A DNA stretch of 64,000 bases, from positions 53,564 through 117,563 of the forward strand of contig JAGBCA010000058.1 of assembly GCA_017938205.1 (NCBI GenBank), written 5' to 3'. The position numbers and the translations under genes are program-made. The notes beneath the pieces were generated by a model that worked only from the letters and a program-made list of their open reading frames with translations, did not search any database and had not been told where the DNA came from. The DNA is from Clostridia bacterium. GTDB taxonomy: Bacteria; Bacillota; Clostridia; Oscillospirales; CAG-272. Shown one piece after another: positions 8,936 through 19,130 of this stretch; positions within the stretch are counted from its first letter, which is position 1, and each line of letters begins with the position of its first letter.

Positions 8936-10297
8936 TTATGCGTTCGACATCGGATCCAGCACCTTTTTTTGAATGCGAATGCGGCCAAAGAATGCCACGA
9001 TCATAACCAAAAATTCCGCAATCGGAATTGCCCACCAAACCGCGTGCAGGCCGATCGCAAAGCCAAAAAGGATGGCAAGCGGAACGAGGAAGCCGAGCTG
9101 ACGTGCAATGCTCATCACCATGGAAAGCACACTTCTGCCCATCGCCTGGAAGAAGGAGCTGTTGACAAGGCTGTACGCCGTGAAAATATAGCCGACGGCA
9201 ATGATGCGTAGCGCAGGCACTCCAAGATCGAGCATGGCCTTCGTGGGGCTGAAAAAGCCGATCAGAAGCTCGGGAAGAACGAGCATCAAAACACTGCAAA
9301 GGCAAAGATAGCCGAAGGAATAAAAGAGCGTATAGCGATAGGCAGAGAGCATGCGGCTCTTCTTTTCCGCGCCGAGATTGTAGCTCACGATAGGCATCAT
9401 GCCGTGCGTCATACCAACGACGGGGAGAATGACGAAGCTCTGGAGCTTGAAATATACGCCGAACACGGCAGTGGCAACTCCCGTTTTTTCAAGAGCATTC
9501 AGCAAAAGATTCATCGAATAGGTCATGACCGAGCCGATCGCCATCATAATTACAGCGGGAAATCCGATCACAAGGATGCGCTTGATCTTCTCCCACTCAG
9601 GACGAAAGCCGCGGAAGCTCACGGTGATCTCGCGATTCTTATAATGATTCAGAATGATGCCAAGCACCATGCCGCCGATCTGACCGATCACAGTAGCAAC
9701 TGCCGCACCTGCAACGCCCATATCAAATACAAAAATAAAAATGGGGTCAAGGATGATGTTCAATAAAGCACCGACGCCCTGCGTATACATCGAGAGCGAG
9801 GTTTTTCCCGTGCTCTGCATCAGCTTTTCATAAATGACCTGGCCGAATGCGCCGAAGGAGAAGATACAGCAGATGCGAAGGTACTTCGTTCCCTCCGTGA
9901 TGATGGCCTCCACCTCGGTTTGCGAGCGGAAGAACGCCTCCACGCCGAAGAAGCCGACGAGCAGCATCAGGATATAGCTGCAAGCGGACAAGAACACGCC
10001 GATCGCGGCATACCGATTGGCTTGCTCACGCTTCCCCTCACCGAGGCTGCGCGAGATCAATGCATTCACACCGACGCCAAGACCGGAGGCAATGGCAATA
10101 ATAATATTCTGGATGGGAAAGGCGAGGGAAACGGCGTTCAATTCATTTTGGCCGAGCATCGCAACGAAGATCGAGTCTACCACGTTATAAAGCGCCTGCA
10201 CGAGCATCGAAGCCACCATCGGCAGCGCCATCCCGAGAAGCAGGCGGTTCATGGGCAAAACGCCCATTTTGTTCTCTTTTAAAACTTTTTCCGACAT
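8936..10297 (-). CDS. MATE family efflux transporter
   Basis: 453 aa from ATG 10297. Polytopic membrane protein with a MATE-type N-terminus (LLLGMALPMVASMLVQALYNVVDSIFV). Confidence 0.85.
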   Translation of the reverse strand: MSEKVLKENKMGVLPMNRLLLGMALPMVASMLVQALYNVVDSIFVAMLGQNELNAVSLAFPIQNIIIAIASGLGVGVNALISRSLGEGKREQANRYAAIGVFLSACSYILMLLVGFFGVEAFFRSQTEVEAIITEGTKYLRICCIFSFGAFGQVIYEKLMQSTGKTSLSMYTQGVGALLNIILDPIFIFVFDMGVAGAAVATVIGQIGGMVLGIILNHYKNREITVSFRGFRPEWEKIKRILVIGFPAVIMMAIGSVMTYSMNLLLNALEKTGVATAVFGVYFKLQSFVILPVVGMTHGMMPIVSYNLGAEKKSRMLSAYRYTLFYSFGYLCLCSVLMLVLPELLIGFFSPTKAMLDLGVPALRIIAVGYIFTAYSLVNSSFFQAMGRSVLSMVMSIARQLGFLVPLAILFGFAIGLHAVWWAIPIAEFLVMIVAFFGRIRIQKKVLDPMSNA

Positions 10298-10439
10298 AAG
10301 ACTTCCTTTTTCCTTTTTAAAAACCGCTAACCATTGTATCATTATTTTAAATAAATGTCAACCGTCCGAAAGTAAACTTTTTTGGAAAAAGAGATATTGC
10401 ACATCAGAAAAAAAGATAGGTGAAAGAAGGCAAAACGGC

Positions 10440-10468
10440 TTGCATTTATCCACCCATTGTTGTATAAT
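10440..10468 (+). promoter_or_regulatory. sigma-70-type promoter of the MBL-fold hydrolase gene
   Basis: TTGCAT (10440-10445), 17-nt spacer, TATAAT (10463-10468). Confidence 0.55.
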
Positions 10469-10500
10469 AAAGAAAATACGATTTTGGGGAGAATACAAAA

Positions 10501-11331
10501 ATGAAAATTCAAATCATGGGCACGGCGGCATACGAAAGAGTGCCTGCCATGTTCTGCACCTGCGCCGCATGCGAATATGCAAGAAAGCATAAGGGCAAGG
10601 CCATCCGCACTCAGGCGCAGACCCTGATCAACGACGATCTGATGGTGGATTTCGGCCAGGATAATTATATTCATTACTTAAACGGTGATCATGATTACAC
10701 CAAGCTTCGTACCCTGCTCGTCACGCACGCGCATTCGGATCACTTTATGACCAACGAGCTTCTGATGACCTCGGGCGCTTACGGCCATAACGAGATGGAA
10801 AGCATCACCGTTGTCGGCGCAAAGGGCGTGCAGGACAAATACGCGCTTCTGGAGGGCGATCGCAAAGTGGATTTCGCTCCCATCTCCTTTTATGAAACGA
10901 AAAACCTCGGCCGCTATACCGTAACGGCGCTTCCTGCCTGCCACGGAACGGAGGAGCCCACGCTCTATATCATCTCGGACGGCGAAAAAACCGTGCTTTA
11001 CAACCATGACACAAGCGCCTCCCCCGACGAGGTTTACGACTTTATTAAAAAAGGCGGCTACAAATTTGATCTCGTGATCGCAGATTGCACCTACGGACTT
11101 CTCGGATATTCCAGCCACGGACATATGTCGCTTGAGGATAACGAAGCGCACAAGGCACGCCTTGAAAAAATAGGCGCGCTGAAGGAGGGTGCGATCTACG
11201 TGATCACACACTACTCCCACAATGCTCTGATGCATAAGGACGGCTCTCCCGCCACGCCCGAGCAGCTCGAAGAGATCGCTGCCGCACGCGGTATGATCTC
11301 GGCCTATGACGGCATCGCCTTCGAGATCTGA
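10501..11331 (+). CDS. MBL-fold metallo-hydrolase (PhnP-like)
   Basis: 276 aa with the HAHSDH metal-binding motif. Confidence 0.75.
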   Translation: MKIQIMGTAAYERVPAMFCTCAACEYARKHKGKAIRTQAQTLINDDLMVDFGQDNYIHYLNGDHDYTKLRTLLVTHAHSDHFMTNELLMTSGAYGHNEMESITVVGAKGVQDKYALLEGDRKVDFAPISFYETKNLGRYTVTALPACHGTEEPTLYIISDGEKTVLYNHDTSASPDEVYDFIKKGGYKFDLVIADCTYGLLGYSSHGHMSLEDNEAHKARLEKIGALKEGAIYVITHYSHNALMHKDGSPATPEQLEEIAAARGMISAYDGIAFEI

Positions 11332-11370
11332 AAAAGGTACGATCATGGAATAAACCAAAGATGGATAAAG

Positions 11371-11407
11371 AAAAAACGCGGATATTTTTGTAATATCCGC
11401 GTTTTTT
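11371..11407. terminator. bidirectional terminator between convergent genes
   Basis: acgcggatat (11376-11385) pairs with atatccgcgt (11392-11401). An A6 run and a T6 run flank the stem. Confidence 0.8.
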
Positions 11408-11414
11408 GTTTCGT

Positions 11415-12734
11415 TTATATCTCTTCAACAAGATAAGTGCCGAAGAGAGGCAGCTTCAGCGTAAGCTCGCTCGTGGTGGCGATAAGCTCGCCGTTATGCT
11501 TTTTGTCAAGAGCATAGATGTTATAGGTGCCGGGACGGCCAAAATCGAGCGTAACGGTCTTGGCTCTCTTTCCCTCCTCCTCGAAGGAATAATAGGTCAC
11601 AATGCATACCGCCTTGCCGTTTTCCTTCACGCCGCAAAGAGAATAGATGTTCTCGGGATCCTTTTCCGCACGGCTCTCGTAGGCGCAATCATAAAGGCTT
11701 CCGTAAAACTTAAAGGGATAATAACCCTTCTGCACATCCTGGAAAATGTCAAAAAGGCCGTTGAAGGTTGTGCCGAAGCGCGCATCGTAGTACATCAGCA
11801 TATCGAGGATATCCGATTTCTGGCAGGCGATCATGGTTGCCATCGTGAAGGCCGCGCCCTTGATGCCCGCGATCATTTTCTTGGAGCGTTTGAACTCCTC
11901 ACCAACCCAACCTTCCACATAGTTCCACTCGTTAAGAATGCTTTCGGCCTCGGTGTAGCCCGCCTCGTCCATGATCTGACGGGCGACCTTTGCTCTCTCC
12001 AGTGCCTTTTCGGGGGTCACGCAGTAAATATGCCAAGAGAAGAAATCGATCGGAGTGCCGGCCTTCGCCTGATACTGAAGAAACTCTCTCGACCATTCCA
12101 TATTGCCCGCAACGGCCGGGCCGCCGATCTTGAGGTGCGGGAAGCACTTCTTCAGATGCTTTGCCGTAATCTCGTACAGCTCGAAAAATTCCTGTTTCGT
12201 GCCCGCCCAGGTTCGCTTGTATTCCTGACCGTCATCAAGATCCGGCTCGTTCCAGATCTCCCAATAAGGCATATCCAGCGTGTAGCCGTTTGCCCAACCC
12301 TCGGTGAAGTGGCGGATAATATGCTCACAGATCTGTGCCCACTTTTTAAAATCCTTCGGCGGGAAGATATTGAATTTTTTGATATAATGCTCGATCTTCT
12401 GACCAAGGCGGTAATAGGTCTTGGTCCCCGCCTCTAAGGTAGCAAGGGTATATTCATCCGTGCAGGCAAAATCGTAGGAGGCGGGATCGTTCACATCCGC
12501 ATCAAAATTCGGGAAGATCGCGGAAATATCCACGCTATGCTCGCCGCCGTAGGATGCGCAGAACGCGGCATCGTGGTTTCTCGCGTAGGGAATACGCGCG
12601 GCCTTATAGGGGGCAAAGGTGCCGCCCGTGTTCTGATCGTTGGCGTGACGCTTATGCACGGGACCGTTGTTCACACAGCTCATCGGGCGGATGGGCGCCG
12701 CCTGTTTGGAAAGATCAAACTTCAAGATTGCCAT
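11415..12734 (-). CDS. glycoside hydrolase, clan GH-A (GH39/GH5-like)
   Basis: 439 aa. WEIWNEPD acid/base motif. No signal peptide. AGGAGA RBS. Confidence 0.65.
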   Translation of the reverse strand: MAILKFDLSKQAAPIRPMSCVNNGPVHKRHANDQNTGGTFAPYKAARIPYARNHDAAFCASYGGEHSVDISAIFPNFDADVNDPASYDFACTDEYTLATLEAGTKTYYRLGQKIEHYIKKFNIFPPKDFKKWAQICEHIIRHFTEGWANGYTLDMPYWEIWNEPDLDDGQEYKRTWAGTKQEFFELYEITAKHLKKCFPHLKIGGPAVAGNMEWSREFLQYQAKAGTPIDFFSWHIYCVTPEKALERAKVARQIMDEAGYTEAESILNEWNYVEGWVGEEFKRSKKMIAGIKGAAFTMATMIACQKSDILDMLMYYDARFGTTFNGLFDIFQDVQKGYYPFKFYGSLYDCAYESRAEKDPENIYSLCGVKENGKAVCIVTYYSFEEEGKRAKTVTLDFGRPGTYNIYALDKKHNGELIATTSELTLKLPLFGTYLVEEI

Positions 12735-12840
12735 TAGATTCTCCTATCCTTTTGCCTTTCGGCTATATTTCTTTTTTAATTTTATCATAAGATATTCGTA
12801 AAGTCAATAGTCCGCTATCGTTTTATTAATATAAAATGCG

Positions 12841-12875
12841 AGAAAAACGCGAGGCCGCTTTTCGCAGCCTCGCGC
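12841..12875 (-). terminator. rho-independent terminator after the CvpA-like gene
   Basis: cgcgaggc (12848-12855) pairs with gcctcgcg (12867-12874). A T-run follows on the minus strand. Confidence 0.65.
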
Positions 12876-12897
12876 AAAATAAAAATATTTTTTTATT

Positions 12898-13563
12898 TCA
12901 GTTGGATTTATTTGCCTTTGCAAGCTCGTCTTGCACGTAGTTTCCGCCGTACTGCATCGGATATTCATACAAGGGGCTCTCCACGGTCGGCTCAATATAA
13001 TCCTCGTAAAAGGCAACCACAGAGGCCTTGGCATCCGGAGCCGCGGCGGCATCTGCATACAGTCCCATGCAGACGAAGAGGGGAAACAGCACGATAACGG
13101 CCGTCAAAGCACCGTGCAAAACGCCAACCACCATACCGAACAAGCGTGTCAGCACGTTATTCCGTTTATACGAGAAGCCGAGAATGCCGCAAAGCAGCTT
13201 GTGCACGATCACGAGCACGGCGCTGAAAGCAAGAAACAGAGCAACAAAAACGAACGGCAGAAGCACCTCAGAAAGCGATGCATTCATGATCGGGTCCAGC
13301 TGCTCGAGGCGGAAGGGGAGAACGGATGCAACCGTTTGATCGGCAAAGAAGGTACGCCCAACGATCGGCGTAGCAAAAAAGGCAAGAACGGCAGCGCCCG
13401 CCACAGTGATCAAGCGCATGAGCGAACGGCTGGTGCCGCGCCCGAAATCGATCAACGCCTGCAAAAAAGCAAAAAGAGCAACCACGAGCACGGCGCCGAT
13501 CGCAATATAAGCACCGACGGAGCCCGTTGCAAAAAGGTCCGTATAATATTTTACAATGGTCAT
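12898..13563 (-). CDS. CvpA-like integral membrane protein
   Basis: 221 aa with about 4 TM helices. The pattern resembles the CvpA family (DFGRGTSRSLMRLITVAGAAVLAFFA). GGAGG RBS. Confidence 0.5.
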   Translation of the reverse strand: MTIVKYYTDLFATGSVGAYIAIGAVLVVALFAFLQALIDFGRGTSRSLMRLITVAGAAVLAFFATPIVGRTFFADQTVASVLPFRLEQLDPIMNASLSEVLLPFVFVALFLAFSAVLVIVHKLLCGILGFSYKRNNVLTRLFGMVVGVLHGALTAVIVLFPLFVCMGLYADAAAAPDAKASVVAFYEDYIEPTVESPLYEYPMQYGGNYVQDELAKANKSN

Positions 13564-13628
13564 AGGATTCCTCCGCGAATCTTTTGGGAGTTTTCTTTAA
13601 AAGATTTTATTTCTTCTTTAATCATACA

Positions 13629-14213
13629 TTATTTTTTGCCGTTTGTCAAGCCGATGCCGTATTTTTCTCCGCGCAGAGCAACCGCCTTCAGAATGGCGAT
13701 CTGCGTTTTGGAATCCGAGATCCGCCCCTCCATCACCTCGCGGTACAGCTCGGCAAGCGGCACGCGCTCCACGTCCAGAAACTCATCCGCATCGAGGTCA
13801 CGCTCCTGTATGGAAATATCCTCGGCAAGATACATAAAAATGCGCTCGGAAAGCACCGCAGGCGAGGGGATCAGCACACCGAGATCGGTATATTTTTCAG
13901 CCACGGCACCCGTCTCCTCGCGCAGCTCGCGCTTGGCGGCAGAAAGCGGATCGGCATCCTCTCCCATTTCAAGCTTTCCCGCCGGGATCTCAAGCATCAC
14001 GCGGCCGTGCGCGTGGCGGTATTGGCGCTCCATCAGCACCTCACCCGTGGAAAGAAGAGGTATCACCGCAACCGCACCGCCGTGCAAGCAGACCTCACGC
14101 GTGCTTTCACTGCCGTTCGGAAGGATGACCGTATCCCGCACCACGTGCAAAACCCGCCCTTGAAAGATCTCTTCTCTTTCCTTTGGGATCTCGATCAGAT
14201 GCGTGTGCGCCAT
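13629..14213 (-). CDS. NUDIX hydrolase (ADP-ribose pyrophosphatase-like)
   Basis: 194 aa with Nudix box GKLEMGEDADPLSAAKRELREETG. Confidence 0.85.
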   Translation of the reverse strand: MAHTHLIEIPKEREEIFQGRVLHVVRDTVILPNGSESTREVCLHGGAVAVIPLLSTGEVLMERQYRHAHGRVMLEIPAGKLEMGEDADPLSAAKRELREETGAVAEKYTDLGVLIPSPAVLSERIFMYLAEDISIQERDLDADEFLDVERVPLAELYREVMEGRISDSKTQIAILKAVALRGEKYGIGLTNGKK

Positions 14214-14286
14214 ATTTCCTCCAAAAAATGCAAAAATTCAAAAGGGGAATGCCGTTTTTATAAAAAAGCGCACTCCCAACATATAT

Positions 14287-14316
14287 ATTTTATCATAAAG
14301 GCGCGGCGGTTGTCAA
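14287..14316 (-). promoter_or_regulatory. sigma-70-type promoter of the NUDIX/CvpA-like genes
   Basis: On the minus strand: TTGACA (14311-14316), 18-nt spacer, TAAAAT (14287-14292). Confidence 0.5.
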
Positions 14317-14425
14317 CGATTTTTTTCAGATCTACCTTATTTTACTTCCGTTTTTACAATTTATACATATTCATCAATTTTTTTGAAGTTTTTTTATAAA
14401 AACTGTTTATTTTTCCCAAAATATG

Positions 14426-14434
14426 TGATATAAT
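14426..14434 (+). promoter_or_regulatory. extended -10 element upstream of hpf
   Basis: TGATATAAT at 14426-14434, about 100 nt before ATG 14535. Confidence 0.45.
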
Positions 14435-14534
14435 ATAAGCACAGAGGAAAACTGCTCCCGTTCCCCCCATGAGCAGGCCCACTCTGAAACTTAGCGAAAG
14501 GGCTGCCGCGAGGCATGCGGCAAAGGTGCTGACT

Positions 14535-15059
14535 ATGAAAATTACGGTTTACGGAAAACAAATGACGGTGCGTGAAAGTCTCAAGAGCGTGATCGAGAAG
14601 AAGCTGATGAAATTCGATAAGTTCTTCGGCGAAGAAACCGAGGCGATCATCACCTGCAAGGCACGCAAGGGGGTCAAGATACTTGAGATCACCATTTCCT
14701 ACGGAGGGGCGACCTTCCGCAGCGAGGAGGAGAGCGATACCTTCATCACGGCGCTGGATCGCGCGATAGAAAGCCTTGAGCGGCAGATCCGCAAGAATAA
14801 GACGCGGCTTGAAAAAATGATGAAGCAGGGTGCCTTCGTGATCGAGGCGGAGGATGACGATGAATTTGAAGAGGAGGAGGACTTCTCCATCCGCATGAAG
14901 ACCTATCCGCCAAAGCCGATGTCGCCCAAGGAGGCCATTCTGCAAATGAACCTTCTCGGCCACGCCTTCTTCGTTTTCTGCGACGATGAAACGAACGAAA
15001 CCTGCGTGGTGTATAAGCGCAAGGACGGCGGCTACGGCCTGATCGTTCCCGAAAATTGA
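14535..15059 (+). CDS. hpf: ribosome hibernation promoting factor (long form)
   Basis: 174 aa from ATG 14535. The N-terminus MKITVYGKQMTV has a RaiA/HPF fold pattern. An acidic linker and a C-terminal dimerisation domain follow. Confidence 0.9.
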   Translation: MKITVYGKQMTVRESLKSVIEKKLMKFDKFFGEETEAIITCKARKGVKILEITISYGGATFRSEEESDTFITALDRAIESLERQIRKNKTRLEKMMKQGAFVIEAEDDDEFEEEEDFSIRMKTYPPKPMSPKEAILQMNLLGHAFFVFCDDETNETCVVYKRKDGGYGLIVPEN

Positions 15060-15085
15060 GTTTGATCTAAAAAATACGCTTTGCG

Positions 15086-15124
15086 AAAAAGCGGCAGCCG
15101 ATACACGGCTGCCGCTTGTTTTAT
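15086..15124. terminator. bidirectional terminator between hpf and the aconitase gene
   Basis: agcggcagccg (15090-15100) pairs with cggctgccgct (15106-15116). A-rich and T-rich flanks. Confidence 0.8.
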
Positions 15125-15150
15125 GCTGTTTTTGTAAATATTTCTTTATA

Positions 15151-17070
15151 TTATCCCTTGGTATATGCCAAAAGACCGCCGGCCTTGAGGATCGCCTTCT
15201 GTCTTTCCGTGAAGGAGCAAGTGAGAGCGATCTTGTGCCCCTTATCGTCCATCAGAAGCATTTCGCCGCTGTCCATTCCCTCGAAAACGTCATCGATCGA
15301 GAGACGCGCATCCTGTGAAAGAAGCTCGTAATCCTCGGGGTTCTTGAAGGTGAGAGGCAGGATGCCTGCGTTGATGAGGTTGGCCGCGTGGATACGGGCA
15401 AAGCTCTTCGCCACCACGGCGCGCACGCCGAGATACAACGGCACAAGTGCCGCGTGCTCACGGGAGGAGCCCTGGCCGTAGTTCACACCGCCGACAACGA
15501 TACCGTCTCCCGCCGCGAGGGCGCGCTCTGCAAAGCTCTCGTCGCAAACGGCGAAGCAGAACTTGGAGAGATACGGAATGTTAGAGCGGTAGGGCAAGAT
15601 CTTTGCGCCTGCGGGCATGATATGGTCGGTGGTAATATCGTCCCCCACCTTGAGAACGAGGGTCGCATCCAGACGGTCAGTCTGCGGCTTTGCCTTCGGA
15701 AACTCCTTAATATTCGGGCCGCGCAGAACGGAAAGCGACTTTGCCTCCTCTACGGGCGCGGGTGCGATCACGGCACTATCGTCGATCTTGAAGGATGCGG
15801 GCATTTCGATTGCGGGCATTTCGCCAAGCAGGCGCGGATCGGTGATCTCACCGGTCAGTGCGGCGGCTACCGCACACTCGGGAGAAACAAGGTAGACCTT
15901 TGCATCCTTGGTGCCGCTTCTGCCCTCAAAGTTACGGTTAAAGGTACGAAGGCTCACACCTGCGGAATTGGGCGAAAAGCCCATACCGATGCAGGGACCG
16001 CAGGCACATTCAAGCACACGCGCACCTGCCGCAAGCATATCCGCAAGCGCACCGCACTCGGCCAGCATCGAAAGCACCTGCTTCGATCCAGGGGAGATGG
16101 AGAGGCTCACGCTGTCCTTGATAGTCTTGCCCTTGAGAAGCGCGGCCACCTTCAGCATATCCTGCAAGGAAGAGTTTGTGCAGGAGCCGATGCAGACCTG
16201 ATCCACCTTTGTGCCCTTCAGAGAAGAAACCTTCACCACGTTATCGGGCATATGGGGCTTTGCGATCAGAGGCTCAAGCGAAGAAAGATCAATATCGATC
16301 ACGCGATCGTATACCGCATCGGGATCGGAGGCAAGCGGCACGTAGTCCGCTTCTCTGCCCTCAGCGGCAAGGAAGGCACGCGTGGTTTCATCCGAGGGGA
16401 AGATCGAGGTGGTGGCTCCAAGCTCTGTTCCCATGTTGGTGATCGTAGCACGTTCGGGCACGGAAAGCGTTTTCACGCCCTCACCGCCCCACTCGATGAT
16501 CGAGCCGACACCGCCCTTTACGGAGAGGATGCGAAGGATCTCGAGGCTGACATCCTTTGCGGTGACGAAGGGATTCAAACGGCCCGTGAGGTTCACGCGG
16601 ATCATCTTCGGCATCGTGATGTAGTACGCACCGCCGCCCATAGCAACCGCAACGTCAAGACCGCCCGCACCGAAAGCAAGCATACCGATGCCGCCGCCCG
16701 TGGGAGTGTGGCTATCCGAGCCGATCAGAGTCTTGCCGGGAATACCGAAGCGCTCCAGATGCACCTGATGGCAGATGCCGTTGCCGGGACGGGAAAAATA
16801 GATGCCGTGCTTTTTGGCAACCGATTGTATGTATCTGTGGTCGTCGGCATTTTCAAAGCCGGACTGCAGAGTGTTGTGATCGATATAGGCAACGCTGCGC
16901 TCGGTGCGCACGCGGTCAATGCCCATGGTCTCAAATTCAAGATACGCCATCGTGCCGGTGGCATCCTGCGTTAAGGTCTGGTCAATGCGAAGAGCGATCT
17001 CCTCGCCAACCTTCATCTCACCCGAGATAAGATGTGCCTTGATGATTTTTTGTGCAATGGTCAGTCCCAT
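15151..17070 (-). CDS. aconitate hydratase
   Basis: 639 aa. IGSDSHT, CIGSCTNSS and CGPCIGMG Fe-S ligand motifs. Confidence 0.9.
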   Translation of the reverse strand: MGLTIAQKIIKAHLISGEMKVGEEIALRIDQTLTQDATGTMAYLEFETMGIDRVRTERSVAYIDHNTLQSGFENADDHRYIQSVAKKHGIYFSRPGNGICHQVHLERFGIPGKTLIGSDSHTPTGGGIGMLAFGAGGLDVAVAMGGGAYYITMPKMIRVNLTGRLNPFVTAKDVSLEILRILSVKGGVGSIIEWGGEGVKTLSVPERATITNMGTELGATTSIFPSDETTRAFLAAEGREADYVPLASDPDAVYDRVIDIDLSSLEPLIAKPHMPDNVVKVSSLKGTKVDQVCIGSCTNSSLQDMLKVAALLKGKTIKDSVSLSISPGSKQVLSMLAECGALADMLAAGARVLECACGPCIGMGFSPNSAGVSLRTFNRNFEGRSGTKDAKVYLVSPECAVAAALTGEITDPRLLGEMPAIEMPASFKIDDSAVIAPAPVEEAKSLSVLRGPNIKEFPKAKPQTDRLDATLVLKVGDDITTDHIMPAGAKILPYRSNIPYLSKFCFAVCDESFAERALAAGDGIVVGGVNYGQGSSREHAALVPLYLGVRAVVAKSFARIHAANLINAGILPLTFKNPEDYELLSQDARLSIDDVFEGMDSGEMLLMDDKGHKIALTCSFTERQKAILKAGGLLAYTKG

Positions 17071-17080
17071 GTTTTTATCC

Positions 17081-17713
17081 TCACTTTACGATGTGGTTTT
17101 TTGCATTCTGCACGTGCGCGCGCATAGCAGCCGAAGCGGCGGCAGGATCTCTCTTTTCGATCGCGGAAAGAATTTCGGAATGCTCCGAAAGCGATTTATC
17201 GGCGCGGCTCTCGTTTTCCACCGAAGCCTTTCTGTATTTCTGTACCTTCTTGTGCAGAGGGAGCAGCGTATCAAAAAATACGGTGCTGTGGCTTGCACGG
17301 TAAAGAAGCTCGTGGAAGCAGGAATCCATGTATTTGATACGGTCGGAATCGTGGCGGCCAACGTAATACCGCTGCAGCTCCAGCATCTCGCGCAGCTCCG
17401 AAAGCTCCTCCTCGGTGGCGGCGGTGGCGGCGCGGGCGGCAACCATCGGCTCGACCTCGAGGCGCATGGCGTAAATATCCGCAAGATCCTCGCTCGTTAC
17501 ACCGAGAACGAGAATGCCGCGGGTGGAGACCTCAATGATATGCTCCTGCTCAAGGCGGCGCAGCGCCTCGCGGATCGGGGTGCGGCTCACGCCGAGATCC
17601 TCCACGAGCGCAAGCTCGGTTAAATACTGCCCTCTCGGATACTTTCCAAGAAGAATATCGCTCTCCAGTCTTTCAAACACCTGGTCGGCCAAGGATACGG
17701 TTTTATGGTTCAT
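17081..17713 (-). CDS. GntR family transcriptional regulator (FCD-type C-terminal domain)
   Basis: 210 aa. N-terminal winged HTH (LTELALVEDLGVSRTPIREALRRLEQE). Sits between the citrate synthase and aconitase genes. Confidence 0.85.
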   Translation of the reverse strand: MNHKTVSLADQVFERLESDILLGKYPRGQYLTELALVEDLGVSRTPIREALRRLEQEHIIEVSTRGILVLGVTSEDLADIYAMRLEVEPMVAARAATAATEEELSELREMLELQRYYVGRHDSDRIKYMDSCFHELLYRASHSTVFFDTLLPLHKKVQKYRKASVENESRADKSLSEHSEILSAIEKRDPAAASAAMRAHVQNAKNHIVK

Positions 17714-17732
17714 TTTGTAAACACTCCTTTAC

Positions 17733-19109
17733 TTAAAGTCGGCGAAGCTTGCCGCCGGAGAGCATTTCGATCTTCTCCTCCAGCTCACCCGTGGAGAGGC
17801 TGGTTTGTCTGCCGTCCGCATATTCCTTATCGATCCACTCCTTCAGAGCGATCACAACGTCGCTCTTCTTCGTGAGCGCCTCGGAGGCGGAAAGCTGATA
17901 GTTGTCGTTGATCCAGTAGGCAATGCCCGCAAGGCCGGAGGCCTTACCGATCATAACCGAGGGCTTTCTCGCAAGGAGCTTTTCGGTATCGAAGATATTG
18001 TAGATCTCCTGATCCTTCATGAGGCCGTCTGCGTGGATACCCGCACGGGTCACGTTAAAGTTTTTGCCGACGAAGGGCGTCATCACGGGGATCTCGTAGC
18101 CGATCTCATTTTTGAAGTAATCCGCGATCTCGGTGATGGCGGTGGTATCCATACCGTCAAGCGAGCCGCGCAGGGAGGCGTACTCGAATACCATAGCCTC
18201 CAGGGGCGTGTTGCCCGTTCTCTCACCGATGCCGAGCATCGAGCAGTTTACGGCGGAGGCGCCGTAGAGCCATGCGGTGGAGGCGTTTGCAACCGCCTTA
18301 TAAAAATCGTTATGACCGTGCCACTCCAGCATTTCGCTCGGCACGTCCGAATAATGCTGCAAGCCGTAAATAATGCCGGCCACGCTACGCGGCAGGGCAA
18401 CCTCGGTATAGGGAACGCCGTAGCCCATCGTGTCACACACGCGGATCTTAACGGGGATATTCGCATCCTGCGACATCTTCATCAGCTCGTTGACGAAGGG
18501 CACCACGAAGCCGTAGAAATCCGCTCTCGTAATATCCTCCAGATGGCATCTGGGCATAACGCCGGCCTCAAAGGCCTCTGCCACCGTTTGCAGATAATAG
18601 TTCATGCACTCGCCGCGCGTCATCTTCATTTTCTTGAAGATATGATAGTCACTGCAGGAAACGAGAATACCCGTCTCACGGATGCCAAGATCGCGCACGA
18701 GCTTGAAATCCTCCTTGCTGGCACGGATCCAGGTCGTGATCTCGGGGAAACGGAGCCCCAGCTCCTGGCAGCGGCGGATGGCCTCTCTGTCCTTCTCGCT
18801 GTATACGAAAAACTCCGTCTGACGGATGATACCGAACGGACCGCCGAGCTTGGAAAGCAGTTTATACAGATCCACGATCTGATCGACCGTATACGGCTCC
18901 ACAGACTGCTGACCGTCACGGAAGGAGGTATCGGTGATCCAAATATCCTCGGGCATTCCCATGGGAACACGGCGATGGTTGAACGCAACCTTCGGCACAC
19001 CGCTGTACGGATAGATCTCACGGTAAAGGTTCGGCTCTGCAACATCCTGGAGCGAATATTTATAATTTTTCTGCTCCAGCAAATTGGTTTTTGATGAGAT
19101 TTCAAGCAT
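17733..19109 (-). CDS. Re-citrate synthase-like enzyme (2-isopropylmalate/homocitrate synthase family)
   Basis: 458 aa from ATG 19109. TDTSFRDGQQS and HGHNDF motifs of the DRE-TIM family. In an operon with aconitase. The family was assigned as Re-citrate synthase in Clostridium kluyveri. Confidence 0.7.
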   Translation of the reverse strand: MLEISSKTNLLEQKNYKYSLQDVAEPNLYREIYPYSGVPKVAFNHRRVPMGMPEDIWITDTSFRDGQQSVEPYTVDQIVDLYKLLSKLGGPFGIIRQTEFFVYSEKDREAIRRCQELGLRFPEITTWIRASKEDFKLVRDLGIRETGILVSCSDYHIFKKMKMTRGECMNYYLQTVAEAFEAGVMPRCHLEDITRADFYGFVVPFVNELMKMSQDANIPVKIRVCDTMGYGVPYTEVALPRSVAGIIYGLQHYSDVPSEMLEWHGHNDFYKAVANASTAWLYGASAVNCSMLGIGERTGNTPLEAMVFEYASLRGSLDGMDTTAITEIADYFKNEIGYEIPVMTPFVGKNFNVTRAGIHADGLMKDQEIYNIFDTEKLLARKPSVMIGKASGLAGIAYWINDNYQLSASEALTKKSDVVIALKEWIDKEYADGRQTSLSTGELEEKIEMLSGGKLRRL

Positions 19110-19130
19110 AGCAAAATCCCCTTTCTGATG

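Noticed and set aside
14440-14534. The ~95-nt hpf leader has two hairpins (ctgctc/gagcag and gccgc/gcggc). Is it a possible riboswitch?
   Set aside because: It matches no riboswitch class I know. Short stems of this kind are common in leaders. I have no evidence beyond foldability.
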